Shown in pieces: positions 47,543 to 56,822 of a DNA stretch of 64,000 bases. Each line of letters begins with the position of its first letter. Positions within the stretch are counted from its first letter, which is position 1. This DNA comes from a virus, in IMG/VR virus record IMGVR_UViG_3300020424_000002, positions 64,001-128,000 of that record. One strand, given 5' to 3'. Position numbers and translations under genes: made by a program. The notes beneath the pieces were generated by a model that was not told where the DNA came from, searched no databases, and was given only the letters and a program-made list of their open reading frames with translations.

Positions 47543-47782
47543 CTATTTGAACTCAGATACTTCACCAGCTTCATCCCTAGTTACTATATTAACTAGTCCC
47601 AACTTCTGTCGTCTAATCAACTCATTCTTTACTTTTTGTCTGAGTTTTGGTTTTGTGTTATCATTATTATAACATTCTAACAACTCATTTATTGATTGAG
47701 TTTTCATATAGTAGTGAGTAGTGGTAACTTTTTTGCTACCTCTTTGCACTACTGATTGAGTTGGTTTATATTTAACTGGCAT
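47543..47782 (-). CDS. Hypothetical protein (start reassigned to MPVKY)
   Basis: TATAAATA at 47791-47798 immediately upstream. Confidence 0.65.
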   Translation of the reverse strand: MPVKYKPTQSVVQRGSKKVTTTHYYMKTQSINELLECYNNDNTKPKLRQKVKNELIRRQKLGLVNIVTRDEAGEVSEFK

Positions 47783-47808
47783 AGTATCTGTATTTATAAT
47801 AATTGAAA

Positions 47809-47849
47809 TGTGTCTTAATTGTGACAAATGTGTGACAATTATGTGACTA
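47809..47849 (-). promoter_or_regulatory. Pho-box-like 11-bp direct repeat array
   Basis: GTCACA at 47842, 47831 and 47820, plus degenerate GACACA at 47809 (minus strand). Confidence 0.6.
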
Positions 47850-47858
47850 AATATATGT

Positions 47859-48020
47859 ATGAATATAATTAATGTACTTATATTATTATCTTTACCATTT
47901 GGAATCGTTGGATGGTATCTGTTATTGAGTGACCCTACAGATAATAGGTCAATATGGAAAAAATTTCATTCATTAATGAAATCTGGTAGACTTAATAAAA
48001 TTGTCAAAAAAATTACTTAG
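47859..48020 (+). CDS. Small membrane protein, apparently the only plus-strand gene
   Basis: MNIINVLILLSLPFGIVGWYLLL...; fills an otherwise empty gap; CTAAATA just upstream. Confidence 0.5.
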   Translation: MNIINVLILLSLPFGIVGWYLLLSDPTDNRSIWKKFHSLMKSGRLNKIVKKIT

Positions 48021-48237
48021 AATTAACTTTCTTATATAAATCGTCTAGGTCTTCTTCTAGTGCTTTTATACGCTCTTCTAAAAGTGGATGTTTCTCAAAC
48101 CACTTCTTTTCTTGTTTGATAATATCAATACCTATCTTTTTTTCTAACCACTTATCAAGTTTCAGAACTTTTGGATGATTTTTAACATATGGTATTTTCA
48201 GAAGTATTCTGAACAATGTCATTACTATTCTAAACAT
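48013..48237 (-). CDS. Hypothetical protein
   Basis: Coupled to regA. Confidence 0.6.
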   Translation of the reverse strand: MFRIVMTLFRILLKIPYVKNHPKVLKLDKWLEKKIGIDIIKQEKKWFEKHPLLEERIKALEEDLDDLYKKVNSK

Positions 48238-48635
48238 TACTTGTTAACTACTCCGATGTTGTACTTTGGAACTAAATCCCATTCGTTTTTCTCCCTATGT
48301 GGAAGAACTTTAATCTGACTCATTGGTGCAATTGGGTCTTGATGATTATTAGATATAACTTTGAGTAATCCCCATTCTTCTAGAAGTTTTGCAATAGCAT
48401 TTCTTCTACCGATATCAGATTCGACAAAAGAACTATCTTTACCATCAAGTAAAAACAATTCTTTAAAGTGGACAAGGTAGTATTTACCTCGTTTGTGTAA
48501 TATGTGGCAAGATTGGTAAAGTATTTTTTCTTTACGAGATGCAACTCCTATACGAGTTAATGTTTCTTTTACTTTTAGAAAATCATCCTGTTGTTTCAAC
48601 TCTACCTCTACCATATTGGAGAGGTCATAGCTCAT
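48237..48635 (-). CDS. regA: Translational repressor RegA
   Basis: DFLKVKETLTRIGVAS, LYQSCHILHK.G.YY.VHFKELF. Confidence 0.96.
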   Translation of the reverse strand: MSYDLSNMVEVELKQQDDFLKVKETLTRIGVASRKEKILYQSCHILHKRGKYYLVHFKELFLLDGKDSSFVESDIGRRNAIAKLLEEWGLLKVISNNHQDPIAPMSQIKVLPHREKNEWDLVPKYNIGVVNK

Positions 48636-49012
48636 TACTTTCTCCCACCTGTTTTCATTCTCTCTTTCATAATTCCTATTTCCTTTGCAGTAAGAATCTT
48701 GTAATATTCTTCTGCTTTACTCATAGAACAGTCATAATAAGTTTGGATGACTTTCATATCTTCCAACACTCTAGGTTTGTTCCATTTTGCAAACCTTTTT
48801 CTTTTTCTTAAAGTATTTAGGAAATAATGGAATTGTAGAGACGAATCTAGGTGCTTTCTAGAGTTCATTTCGTTAACATACATGATGCAATCTTGATGAT
48901 AAGACAAAGATTTATTAGTAAGAAATGGTGAATATGACCTTTCTGCAATATCATCCACCATGATATCTTTCTTGGAAAAGGTTATTGCAGTTACAAAATC
49001 AAAGGGATTCAT
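48635..49012 (-). CDS. gp62: Clamp loader small subunit
   Basis: Y.PF..N..LS...D....NEMN; RKRKRF.KW.K; KTGG; upstream of regA. Confidence 0.9.
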   Translation of the reverse strand: MNPFDFVTAITFSKKDIMVDDIAERSYSPFLTNKSLSYHQDCIMYVNEMNSRKHLDSSLQFHYFLNTLRKRKRFAKWNKPRVLEDMKVIQTYYDCSMSKAEEYYKILTAKEIGIMKERMKTGGRK

Positions 49013-49529
49013 ATATTCTATACTCTAAATTTCTTCTATCTTCGTTTGAATTATTTTTTATTACTTCTATTTTACCCATAAGATTCATATTCGTCAAGAT
49101 ATTATTTATCTGACTTCTTCTACCTTTTAACCAGACTTCGGACTGGGTATCTCCTCGGTCTTTGTGTCTCTGGTGTTCTATATCAGAATCACAAGTGAGA
49201 ACATAAACAGTTGCATCATAGTTATCAACTAACCATTCAATGTCTTGTCCTCTAAAATATCTATCCCCCTCAATTAGAATGTGTTTATATTTGGGTTGAA
49301 CCATAGTTATAAATTCTCTAAATTGTGGTATAGAACCATGGGATAGTTTATCAGTACCACCAAAAGTTTCTCCTTCTGGATACTGGCCAAGAACTAATAT
49401 ATCATCATGTTCTTGACACTTGAACAATGGCATAGGTTCTATTAGTTTTGGTTTAGGTAAATGAGAAAGCAACCCTCTCATGAGGGTTGACTTTCCACTA
49501 CATGGTATTCCACCAATTAAAGTTATCAT
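48999..49529 (-). CDS. P-loop kinase of the type linked to DNA base hypermodification
   Basis: GGIPCSGKST; LG.Y....FGGTD.LS; EGDR; R...RG..Q...W. Confidence 0.7.
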   Translation of the reverse strand: MITLIGGIPCSGKSTLMRGLLSHLPKPKLIEPMPLFKCQEHDDILVLGQYPEGETFGGTDKLSHGSIPQFREFITMVQPKYKHILIEGDRYFRGQDIEWLVDNYDATVYVLTCDSDIEHQRHKDRGDTQSEVWLKGRRSQINNILTNMNLMGKIEVIKNNSNEDRRNLEYRIYESL

Positions 49530-50515
49530 CCTATAGATTTACCATTTACATCTACTAGAATATCTTCTTTAGATAATCCATGATTTAATGTATCCTTAGT
49601 TGTTATTTGTCCTAAGAATCCACCAAATTCAAAGATATCATGATACTCTTCAGCAAGATGTTGTTTTATCCAATGAATTGTATATTCATATTTTTTTAAC
49701 CAAGCTTTTCTTTGATTTTTAATTCTTGCTGGGTCAACATTTAAAATAAAACCAAAGATTTGAACAGGCACTTGATAACTGTCATATAAGTCAATCATTT
49801 GTTTTATTTTTGAACCAAAGTCACCATCTGACCTTGCAAAACCAATCTGTCCTAAGTCGAGAACATATCCTTTAGCAGGAAAATCATTTTCTTCTAGAAT
49901 TTGATTTGCAATGTTTTGGTCAATATCTTTAACAAAATCATAAGAAGAAAAGTTTTTTCTAAACTTTTTAAAGATTGCAGTTCTTTGTGCTTTTGATTTA
50001 GAAGGTGCTATTCTATCTAAGAAGTCTTTAAGATAAGCATCATCATTCCTTTCACAACATCCTTGTATTACAAGTTGTTTTAAAGCTTGTGCATAATCTC
50101 TATCATCATTATCTTCTGCAATATCATGATACTCATTTGAAAGTATTCCATGTGCAATAGATTCTGCTGGATTGTCATACCGAACTACATCAACAATTAC
50201 TTTAGGTTGATTTAGTTCTTCATAACATTGTCTTCTATTGAACCCTGCTTTTAAATACAGATTATCATCCAGACCCAATTCACAAACCATTACTGGTTTA
50301 GTGTAATCATATCTATGTGATATTGAGTCTTTTAGTTTGTTTACATTAGTTCTTACAGTATCAAATACACGAGGTTGTAAAGAATTATTATCTTTATCCT
50401 TGTATATAATATCTGAAAGTTTTACTAATCTTCTATCGATGTATTGCACACCGACACCATAGTTGGGTTTGAAACCCTTCTTAGACCTTTCGAGGTCAAA
50501 GTTTATATTTCTCAT
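49526..50515 (-). CDS. ParB-like N-terminal domain protein
   Basis: Q.R......V..L..SI...PV.V.......L.AGFNR. Confidence 0.5.
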   Translation of the reverse strand: MRNINFDLERSKKGFKPNYGVGVQYIDRRLVKLSDIIYKDKDNNSLQPRVFDTVRTNVNKLKDSISHRYDYTKPVMVCELGLDDNLYLKAGFNRRQCYEELNQPKVIVDVVRYDNPAESIAHGILSNEYHDIAEDNDDRDYAQALKQLVIQGCCERNDDAYLKDFLDRIAPSKSKAQRTAIFKKFRKNFSSYDFVKDIDQNIANQILEENDFPAKGYVLDLGQIGFARSDGDFGSKIKQMIDLYDSYQVPVQIFGFILNVDPARIKNQRKAWLKKYEYTIHWIKQHLAEEYHDIFEFGGFLGQITTKDTLNHGLSKEDILVDVNGKSIG

Positions 50516-50608
50516 TTGTATTTCCTCATACTAGAAATGTTTATAATATGTTTAAAAATGTTCTCGTCTAATTGCGTTAGTTTAATTCTTAAACTCCAAT
50601 AAAAGTAT

Positions 50609-51613
50609 TTAGGAAAGAAAAGATTCTAAACTTCCCTTTTCTTCATACTTACTTGCATGTGGCCCAATAGGTTTTTCTGATTTACCAGCTTGTCCTTTAG
50701 TTGCAACATGTTCATCACAATACGCAACACACGACAATCTAACTCCATCACCTGTTATTGGAGTAACCCCATGTAATTCATTTGAGTCTGCAATCAAAAC
50801 ATCACCATCGTCAGCTTCAATTGCAATCCCATATCTTGGGAAACATAGATATGCACCCCCAAAATTACCGATTCGAAAAACACACATTGTGGTTAATCCG
50901 AATTCTAAATCCTTTCCATCAAGATGTGCAGACATCTTTGCAGTGCCTTCACTTGAGTATCTATTTGCAGATAAAGCTGTAATTGGAGCTCCACCTATTT
51001 GATATTGTTTTTCAATACATTCATCTGCAAAGTTTCTTTGTAGTTTCCATACTTCTGGAACACCTTTCTTTAATGCTTTTTCATTTTCAATTGCAATATT
51101 TTTTAGTATTTCATACTTAGGTTTGTTTGCTTTCTTTTCCATCCAACCACTTGCACCAATCATTCCAGTGAATCTACCTCTTTTATATCCTATTAGTACA
51201 GAATGTATTGCATTTGCAGATGCAATTCTATTAAACTCACCATTCTTTTTAAGTGGGTAATATGAGTTTGGTGTCCTTAAGACATAATCTTTACCTTCTA
51301 TCAATCCTCGTTTTTTCATTTCCTCTGGGTCAATAGGCCCAGCTGCATTTGCTCTCATGGTTGATACATCATCTATAGAATATAGAGTATCTTTTACTTG
51401 TTGATATATATCACCAGTATATGCATTCTTTACAATACATGCAAGAATAGGTTTATCAAATAATGAACCACTTGGTTTATATACTTTTATGATATCATCT
51501 TTAACTCCAATAGAAGATACAACAGTATCGTAAGAGGTTTCATCCAACCACTTACCATTCCATTTATCGAATGTTTCTTTAAATCCTAAGTCTTTGTTTG
51601 CAGTAATTTCCAT
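50609..51613 (-). CDS. TET/JBP-family 2OG-Fe(II) dioxygenase
   Basis: AHLDGKD (HxD), GG.YL.FP.YG.A.....GDVL..D...HG.TPI, RLS.V.Y; overlaps the C5-MTase gene. Confidence 0.82.
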   Translation of the reverse strand: MEITANKDLGFKETFDKWNGKWLDETSYDTVVSSIGVKDDIIKVYKPSGSLFDKPILACIVKNAYTGDIYQQVKDTLYSIDDVSTMRANAAGPIDPEEMKKRGLIEGKDYVLRTPNSYYPLKKNGEFNRIASANAIHSVLIGYKRGRFTGMIGASGWMEKKANKPKYEILKNIAIENEKALKKGVPEVWKLQRNFADECIEKQYQIGGAPITALSANRYSSEGTAKMSAHLDGKDLEFGLTTMCVFRIGNFGGAYLCFPRYGIAIEADDGDVLIADSNELHGVTPITGDGVRLSCVAYCDEHVATKGQAGKSEKPIGPHASKYEEKGSLESFLS

Positions 51614-52851
51614 GGTTCTAAGATTTGTTTCTTTATCTCCTCTACTATGTAGTACAACTGTAATGGTGCAACCATTAATCCTATTCTTGCACCTTTATCG
51701 TTGTAGTCTCCTGTCATCTTATAATCATTTGGTAATGTCATAAGTCTGACCATTTCTTTTGGTGTGTATATTCTCTTACCACTGTAATGAAAATGATTAC
51801 CACCCATGAACTTTGGTTGACATCCTTGTTCAGTTAAGGAATGTGCTGGAAGATGTTTTGGAACAATTCTTGACATATAGTAAGAATGTTTTTCATCTTC
51901 TGGTTTTAAATGACCATTTTTAATTTGTTCTTGAAACCAAGGTTTAACAATATCATCACCTATTGATATATAAGGTCTGTTACCCATTTGGTCTCTAACA
52001 CCATCTAATCCTTTACATGGCCCACAATGTTTTAAATCTGGGTCTGGATGTTTTTCAAATCCATTTACCCAATGTGATTTTGATGATTCGTTCATTGCAT
52101 CTACAAGATATTCTGCATCTTTAATGTTTTCTTCATCATCTATCAAGTCATCTATGGCTTCACCTATTGATACTCTTCGACTTGTTGGTTCTGGAAACAA
52201 ACCACTAAGACACATAAAGGGTAATCCAATTGCATCTAATACATCATCCCTAACTGCAATAATAAAAACCCTCTCTCTTTTTTGTGGTACTCCATGTTCG
52301 TGTCCTTTAGTAATTTTCCATGTTACTGAGTATCCTATCTTTTCAAAGTCTACAATCATTTTATTAAGATGGTCTCTTGCATAATCCATTGATAGACCTT
52401 TTACATTTTCACATACAATAACTTTAGGCATCATTTCTTCTGCAATTCGTATTTGTTCCCAAGTAAGGTCTTCAATGTTTTGTTGTTTCATTCCATATGC
52501 AACTTTTTCTTGATTCCACCCTTCTCTTTTGGAGCCTGCCATAGAGAAAGGTGGACAAGGTGGTGAACCATCTAAAATGTCTAATTCATATTTTTGAATA
52601 CCTGTCATTTCCATTATACTTTTTCCAGTGACTTCTTTAATATCTTTACATTCATGCACTGTATTAGGAAAATTTGCAAGATAAGTATCAACATGTATTT
52701 GTTGAAACTCATTCATATACTTTACATCACCGCCTGCAAGTTTATATGCACACGATGAACCACCACCGCCTGCAAAAAAAGTAATGTAATCAAACTCTTT
52801 TCTTGCAGAGTTTTTGTGTAAATCATCTAATGTGTATTGAAAATAACTCAT
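51586..52851 (-). CDS. DNA cytosine-C5 methyltransferase
   Basis: FAGGGG, GSPPC, ENVKG, PQKRERVF, motif X (RIG..V.P). Confidence 0.93.
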   Translation of the reverse strand: MSYFQYTLDDLHKNSARKEFDYITFFAGGGGSSCAYKLAGGDVKYMNEFQQIHVDTYLANFPNTVHECKDIKEVTGKSIMEMTGIQKYELDILDGSPPCPPFSMAGSKREGWNQEKVAYGMKQQNIEDLTWEQIRIAEEMMPKVIVCENVKGLSMDYARDHLNKMIVDFEKIGYSVTWKITKGHEHGVPQKRERVFIIAVRDDVLDAIGLPFMCLSGLFPEPTSRRVSIGEAIDDLIDDEENIKDAEYLVDAMNESSKSHWVNGFEKHPDPDLKHCGPCKGLDGVRDQMGNRPYISIGDDIVKPWFQEQIKNGHLKPEDEKHSYYMSRIVPKHLPAHSLTEQGCQPKFMGGNHFHYSGKRIYTPKEMVRLMTLPNDYKMTGDYNDKGARIGLMVAPLQLYYIVEEIKKQILEPWKLLQTKT

Positions 52852-53615
52852 CTTTCATTCATCCATAAATCTGGAAATGGTATTGCTTGATACATTTCTC
52901 CTTCAAGTCCCCATTGAAATTCTATATGTTTTTGTTCAGAAAAATAAATAGATTCTGGAAAAATATCAAATGCAACTGTTACTCTAGGTTTGTCTTCCAT
53001 CCATGGAGACGATGCATGTTGAAATCCACTTGCAGAGTATATTAACATATCATTATAGTCTTGATGCACCACCCACTCACTCTCTGGTTGTTCTGGCCCT
53101 ATTCTATAAGAAGTCGTAGATGGTTCTACATTTGCACAATAGAATCCATGGTAGATATGTGGATGCATATCTTCAATATGTTTATGAAAAGGTATATGGT
53201 CGTATCCTTTATCGTCTTTTCTTTTTGTATAAACATTAAACCATCCATGTATGTAATATGATTCACCAGCTTCTCTTACTTGAGGATTACTATAAAAAAA
53301 TCGATTTAGTTTCCAATAGATATCTGCAAATGGTCTTAAACCAAATGTAAAAGGATTATAGGTATTAAATTTTTGTACTTCTTTTGTATCTAATTCAAAT
53401 TGATGCTCTATTTCTTCTTTAGATAAATCTGCACCTTCTTTAGATGCACGAACATATGCACGAAGATTATTACTAAATTGATTTGGTGTTGCCATCCCAT
53501 CTTCATCATGTGCAAAGTATGGATGATTTTCATTTTCAATACACCAATTAGTAATAAACTCATGGTCTATTTCACAATTTTTTTGTATAAAAAAATCAGA
53601 ACTCTTTAGTTCCAC
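52848..53615 (-). CDS. 2OG-Fe(II) oxygenase-like protein
   Basis: WFN, H.H, HGFY, H...PW...PRVTVAFD. Confidence 0.65.
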   Translation of the reverse strand: MELKSSDFFIQKNCEIDHEFITNWCIENENHPYFAHDEDGMATPNQFSNNLRAYVRASKEGADLSKEEIEHQFELDTKEVQKFNTYNPFTFGLRPFADIYWKLNRFFYSNPQVREAGESYYIHGWFNVYTKRKDDKGYDHIPFHKHIEDMHPHIYHGFYCANVEPSTTSYRIGPEQPESEWVVHQDYNDMLIYSASGFQHASSPWMEDKPRVTVAFDIFPESIYFSEQKHIEFQWGLEGEMYQAIPFPDLWMNER

Positions 53616-53793
53616 TTCTATCCTCGTATTCTAGTTTAACAATAACATGGTCGTTTTTTCTGACACCTTGATTATAAAGGTGTGTATACATTTCATTTGC
53701 ACCTTTTCGTATTCCATTATATTCTCCCCATGAGTATATAGCAAAAAACGAAATGCAAAGAAATATAAATGTAATAGTTATTTCCATCGACAC
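53596..53793 (-). CDS. Small membrane protein
   Basis: N-terminal TM. Confidence 0.55.
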   Translation of the reverse strand: MSMEITITFIFLCISFFAIYSWGEYNGIRKGANEMYTHLYNQGVRKNDHVIVKLEYEDRSGTKEF

Positions 53794-54710
53794 TCCATCA
53801 TTAATTCAGTTAGACAAGCAACGATATTCACTTCTTGGTCAACTACAAATGCAGACTTATAACTGTAATCTGCAATGATAATTACAGCCTGTGGTATACT
53901 TTGTGGTTCTAATACATTGTAAAGTGTATCGTAAATCTTTCTAAATAATTTTACTGGGTCGTTGTCGATATTAGTTGCAACCCATTTTCTCATATCTGTA
54001 AATCTTTTTGCTTTGATATGACCAAGTAATTCTTGGAGACTTTCTTCTGCAATATTAGATAGTATTCCTACATCTATCTTACCACTTACTGCATATCTTT
54101 GTAGTTCATTAATGGTTCTACGAAAGTCTGGAAAATATTTCATAACTAATTCTTGTAGAACTTCGTTATTATATTCCACACCTTCATCGTCAAGAATCAA
54201 CATAAGTCTTGCAAGAAATACAGATGCAAGTCTTGGTCTTTCCTTTGGTGGTATCTTAAAGTCAATAACAGTGCATCTTGAATGCAAAGGTGCAATCAAT
54301 CTGTTTTTATAATTACATGTAAAGATAAATCTACAATTTTTATGAAACTCTTCTATGAATCCACGAAGAGCTGGTTGAGTTGATTGTGGATTAAGATAGT
54401 CAGCCTCATCAAGAATAACTACTTTGTTTCCACCACCAAGTGAAACTGTAGATGCAAAGTTTTTGATTTTGGTTCTTAGAACATCAATACCACTTTCCTC
54501 AGAACCATTGATTAAAATATAATCACAATTGTGCATTTCACATAATGCTTTTGCAATTGTAGTCTTACCTGTACCTGCTGTACCAGTAAGAATCATGTTT
54601 GGTATTTCGTCTTTGATATCAAAGAAAGTTTGTTTGATATCAGCTGGAAGGACACAATCCTCTATTGTTTTTGGTCGATACTTTTCAACCCATAAGAAAT
54701 CTTCATTCAT
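53778..54710 (-). CDS. gp44: Clamp loader large subunit
   Basis: LWVEKYRP, GTGKTT, DEADYL, SRC, PDFRR. Confidence 0.96.
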   Translation of the reverse strand: MNEDFLWVEKYRPKTIEDCVLPADIKQTFFDIKDEIPNMILTGTAGTGKTTIAKALCEMHNCDYILINGSEESGIDVLRTKIKNFASTVSLGGGNKVVILDEADYLNPQSTQPALRGFIEEFHKNCRFIFTCNYKNRLIAPLHSRCTVIDFKIPPKERPRLASVFLARLMLILDDEGVEYNNEVLQELVMKYFPDFRRTINELQRYAVSGKIDVGILSNIAEESLQELLGHIKAKRFTDMRKWVATNIDNDPVKLFRKIYDTLYNVLEPQSIPQAVIIIADYSYKSAFVVDQEVNIVACLTELMMECRWK

Positions 54711-54726
54711 TCACACACCTCATAAT

Positions 54727-54834
54727 AAAAAGAAGACTCATAATCCCACCATTATGAATCGAGTCAATCCCCAAGAGAGAGAACAGATTGACACCCTCAG
54801 ATACCAATGTCTAGTACCTACAAAAGTATTTATC
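54727..54834 (-). ncRNA. Candidate three-hairpin small RNA with late promoter and terminator
   Basis: GATAAATA; hairpins GGTAC/GTATC, GTCAATC/GATTGAC, GATTCATAAT/ATTATGAGTC followed by TTCTTTTT. Confidence 0.5.
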
Positions 54835-55504
54835 ACGAACCGAATGTTGAATCTGGTTCTAGTGCAATAAAATATTCAAGTCCTTTATTCTTTGCAATGA
54901 ATTGTGATAAACCTTTGGATGATACCTTAACAGTATATTCATCCTTTACCACTTTAATGTTTTCCATTTTAAAGTTCATTGAATATGTTTGTCCATCACC
55001 ATCCATGATTACTTCACTGAATTGATTAGTTGATGGATTCTTTTTATCTCTAACAGATAATGATACTACAGTCCCATTACTTTCCAGTACTAAGTCTGGA
55101 AGAGATAACACTGCACTTGCTTTTTGCAACTTAGTTAACAAGTTAGTATCCAAATCAAAAACTACTTCTGGGTTAGGCATAGTAATATCTTTTTCTGGTG
55201 GTGCAATAATCATTGATGCATCTGCATAATTATATGTTGCACTTGCACCATTACCACTAATGTTTACAGATTTTTCACCAAAGTCAAACTCTGCATCATT
55301 ACCTAACAATGAAATAGTTGCAAGAAACTCTGGTAAATCATATACAGAAAACTCACTTGTAAAGTTATCTGATATCGTTGCTTTACCAAAGATATTTTTC
55401 ATCGGTGAAATCGTTTTGATTTCACTTCCTTGTTGTACTGTAATACCATTATTGATACTACTAAAGTTTTGTAAAACTTCTAAAGTACTTTCACTTATTT
55501 TCAT
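54833..55504 (-). CDS. gp45: Sliding clamp
   Basis: MK.S..TL..L.NF..IN, F.VYDL.EFL, Y.IALE. Confidence 0.94.
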   Translation of the reverse strand: MKISESTLEVLQNFSSINNGITVQQGSEIKTISPMKNIFGKATISDNFTSEFSVYDLPEFLATISLLGNDAEFDFGEKSVNISGNGASATYNYADASMIIAPPEKDITMPNPEVVFDLDTNLLTKLQKASAVLSLPDLVLESNGTVVSLSVRDKKNPSTNQFSEVIMDGDGQTYSMNFKMENIKVVKDEYTVKVSSKGLSQFIAKNKGLEYFIALEPDSTFGS

Positions 55505-55513
55505 AATTTACTC

Positions 55514-55807
55514 CTATAAGGCTGCTCTTTTGTCCACTTCTAAATCATGCACATAAAGAGCAAATAGTGCATAGTGTAAAACTTTCATGAGGTCAGCACG
55601 ATTATGTCCTTGTTTCTTTCCATATCTCTGTGCATATTTAAGAATGTTTCCAATACAGAAACCTTCTCCATGACCACCATCTATAATAAATTCTGTTGCT
55701 TGGTATTGATTTTGTGAATAATGTTGGTCGTATGTTTTATTCACATATTCAATTAATTGTGCGATATACTCGTCTTCATTGTATTTGTATTCTATTTTCT
55801 CACTCAT
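55514..55807 (-). CDS. DUF3310-like protein
   Basis: TY..HY, GFC.GN..KY..RYGKK, DL.K..HYA. Confidence 0.75.
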   Translation of the reverse strand: MSEKIEYKYNEDEYIAQLIEYVNKTYDQHYSQNQYQATEFIIDGGHGEGFCIGNILKYAQRYGKKQGHNRADLMKVLHYALFALYVHDLEVDKRAAL

Positions 55808-55813
55808 ATTACT

Positions 55814-55841
55814 ATTATATTACAGAACTCGTATTTGTCAA
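55814..55841 (-). promoter_or_regulatory. Class B promoter for the clamp operon
   Basis: TTGACA-aatacgagttctgtaa-TATAAT. Confidence 0.75.
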
Positions 55842-55993
55842 CCAAACTTAGCTCCACTGTTAACATCATCTTTCTTTTTCTCTCTAAAAGTAAAGAACCT
55901 TTTAAATCCACCACTTAATCCCCAAACAGTAAATAGATAAACTAAAGTTAGTATACCTATTATTTGTAAGATTGCTTCAATCCATTCTACCAT
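55838..55993 (-). CDS. Small membrane protein (51 aa; not in ORF track)
   Basis: MVEWIEAILQIIGILTLVYLFTVWGL... Confidence 0.55.
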   Translation of the reverse strand: MVEWIEAILQIIGILTLVYLFTVWGLSGGFKRFFTFREKKKDDVNSGAKFG

Positions 55994-56289
55994 TTGTCTA
56001 AGTTAACTCCTCTAGTATTGAATGTTCCCATTGTTCTACATTCTCTATAATCAAATGGAACACTTACACTATATGGGTCTGATATTCCAGTACCTACCCA
56101 CTCAGCAGTATTGTAAATTGTAGATGGGTTTACATGGTCTAGATATTTGTCAACCCACATATCATTCTTTTCACACCAGTCTTCAATCTCTTCATATGTT
56201 CCATATACAAGTGTACCCATTTTGTATTCACTACCATCTGCATGAAGTACCCTTGCAATTTCTTGATGTGTTATACAGTTTGATGTCAT
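55987..56289 (-). CDS. Hypothetical protein
   Basis: ORF with ATGA coupling. Confidence 0.6.
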   Translation of the reverse strand: MTSNCITHQEIARVLHADGSEYKMGTLVYGTYEEIEDWCEKNDMWVDKYLDHVNPSTIYNTAEWVGTGISDPYSVSVPFDYRECRTMGTFNTRGVNLDKW

Positions 56290-56822
56290 TTGTAAAATAT
56301 GTGTTCGTTAATTATTACAGTTTCATTTAGTGAATCTGCCCAGTATGGATTTACATATATCGAATGATAATGTGTTGCACCCTCTGTAATGTCTCCATAT
56401 GCACCTTGTAAGATATCCCTTGCAAGAGTTAAACATTGTACCCAAGTTTTTGAATCCTCTGGGTCGTCTGACTTACCATCACAAAACCAACTAAACTGAC
56501 ATTGATTTCTGATAGGCATCATATTACCTTTCCAGTTTTCTCTCCACTTTGCTTGGTAAACAACACCACAAATATCAGATGGATAATTCATGTGTTGAGT
56601 CCTATTAATAACCACTTGGGAAACTGCAATCTTACCAGCCTTTGGTTGATTACCAGCTTCAAAGTACATGTTCTGTGCAAGACAATATGCATCGTTATTT
56701 TCATCATATGCAAACACTTTGTTAATAAAAAATGATGCAATTATAACTAACATCATTAATCCTATATGAAGTGGAACAAACCACTTAGAATCACTTGACC
56801 AAATTCTCTTTTTCATATCCAC
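56286..56822 (-). CDS. SleB/Hydrolase_2 cell wall hydrolase
   Basis: CLA.N.YFEA, V..NR, P..IC.VV.Q, QFSW, GATHYH...V.P.W. Confidence 0.9.
   Translation of the reverse strand: MDMKKRIWSSDSKWFVPLHIGLMMLVIIASFFINKVFAYDENNDAYCLAQNMYFEAGNQPKAGKIAVSQVVINRTQHMNYPSDICGVVYQAKWRENWKGNMMPIRNQCQFSWFCDGKSDDPEDSKTWVQCLTLARDILQGAYGDITEGATHYHSIYVNPYWADSLNETVIINEHIFYK

Noticed and set aside
47820-47847. TGTGA repeats as a CRP site responding to the phage cyclase
   Set aside because: They are direct repeats at 11 bp, not the TGTGA-N6-TCACA palindrome.
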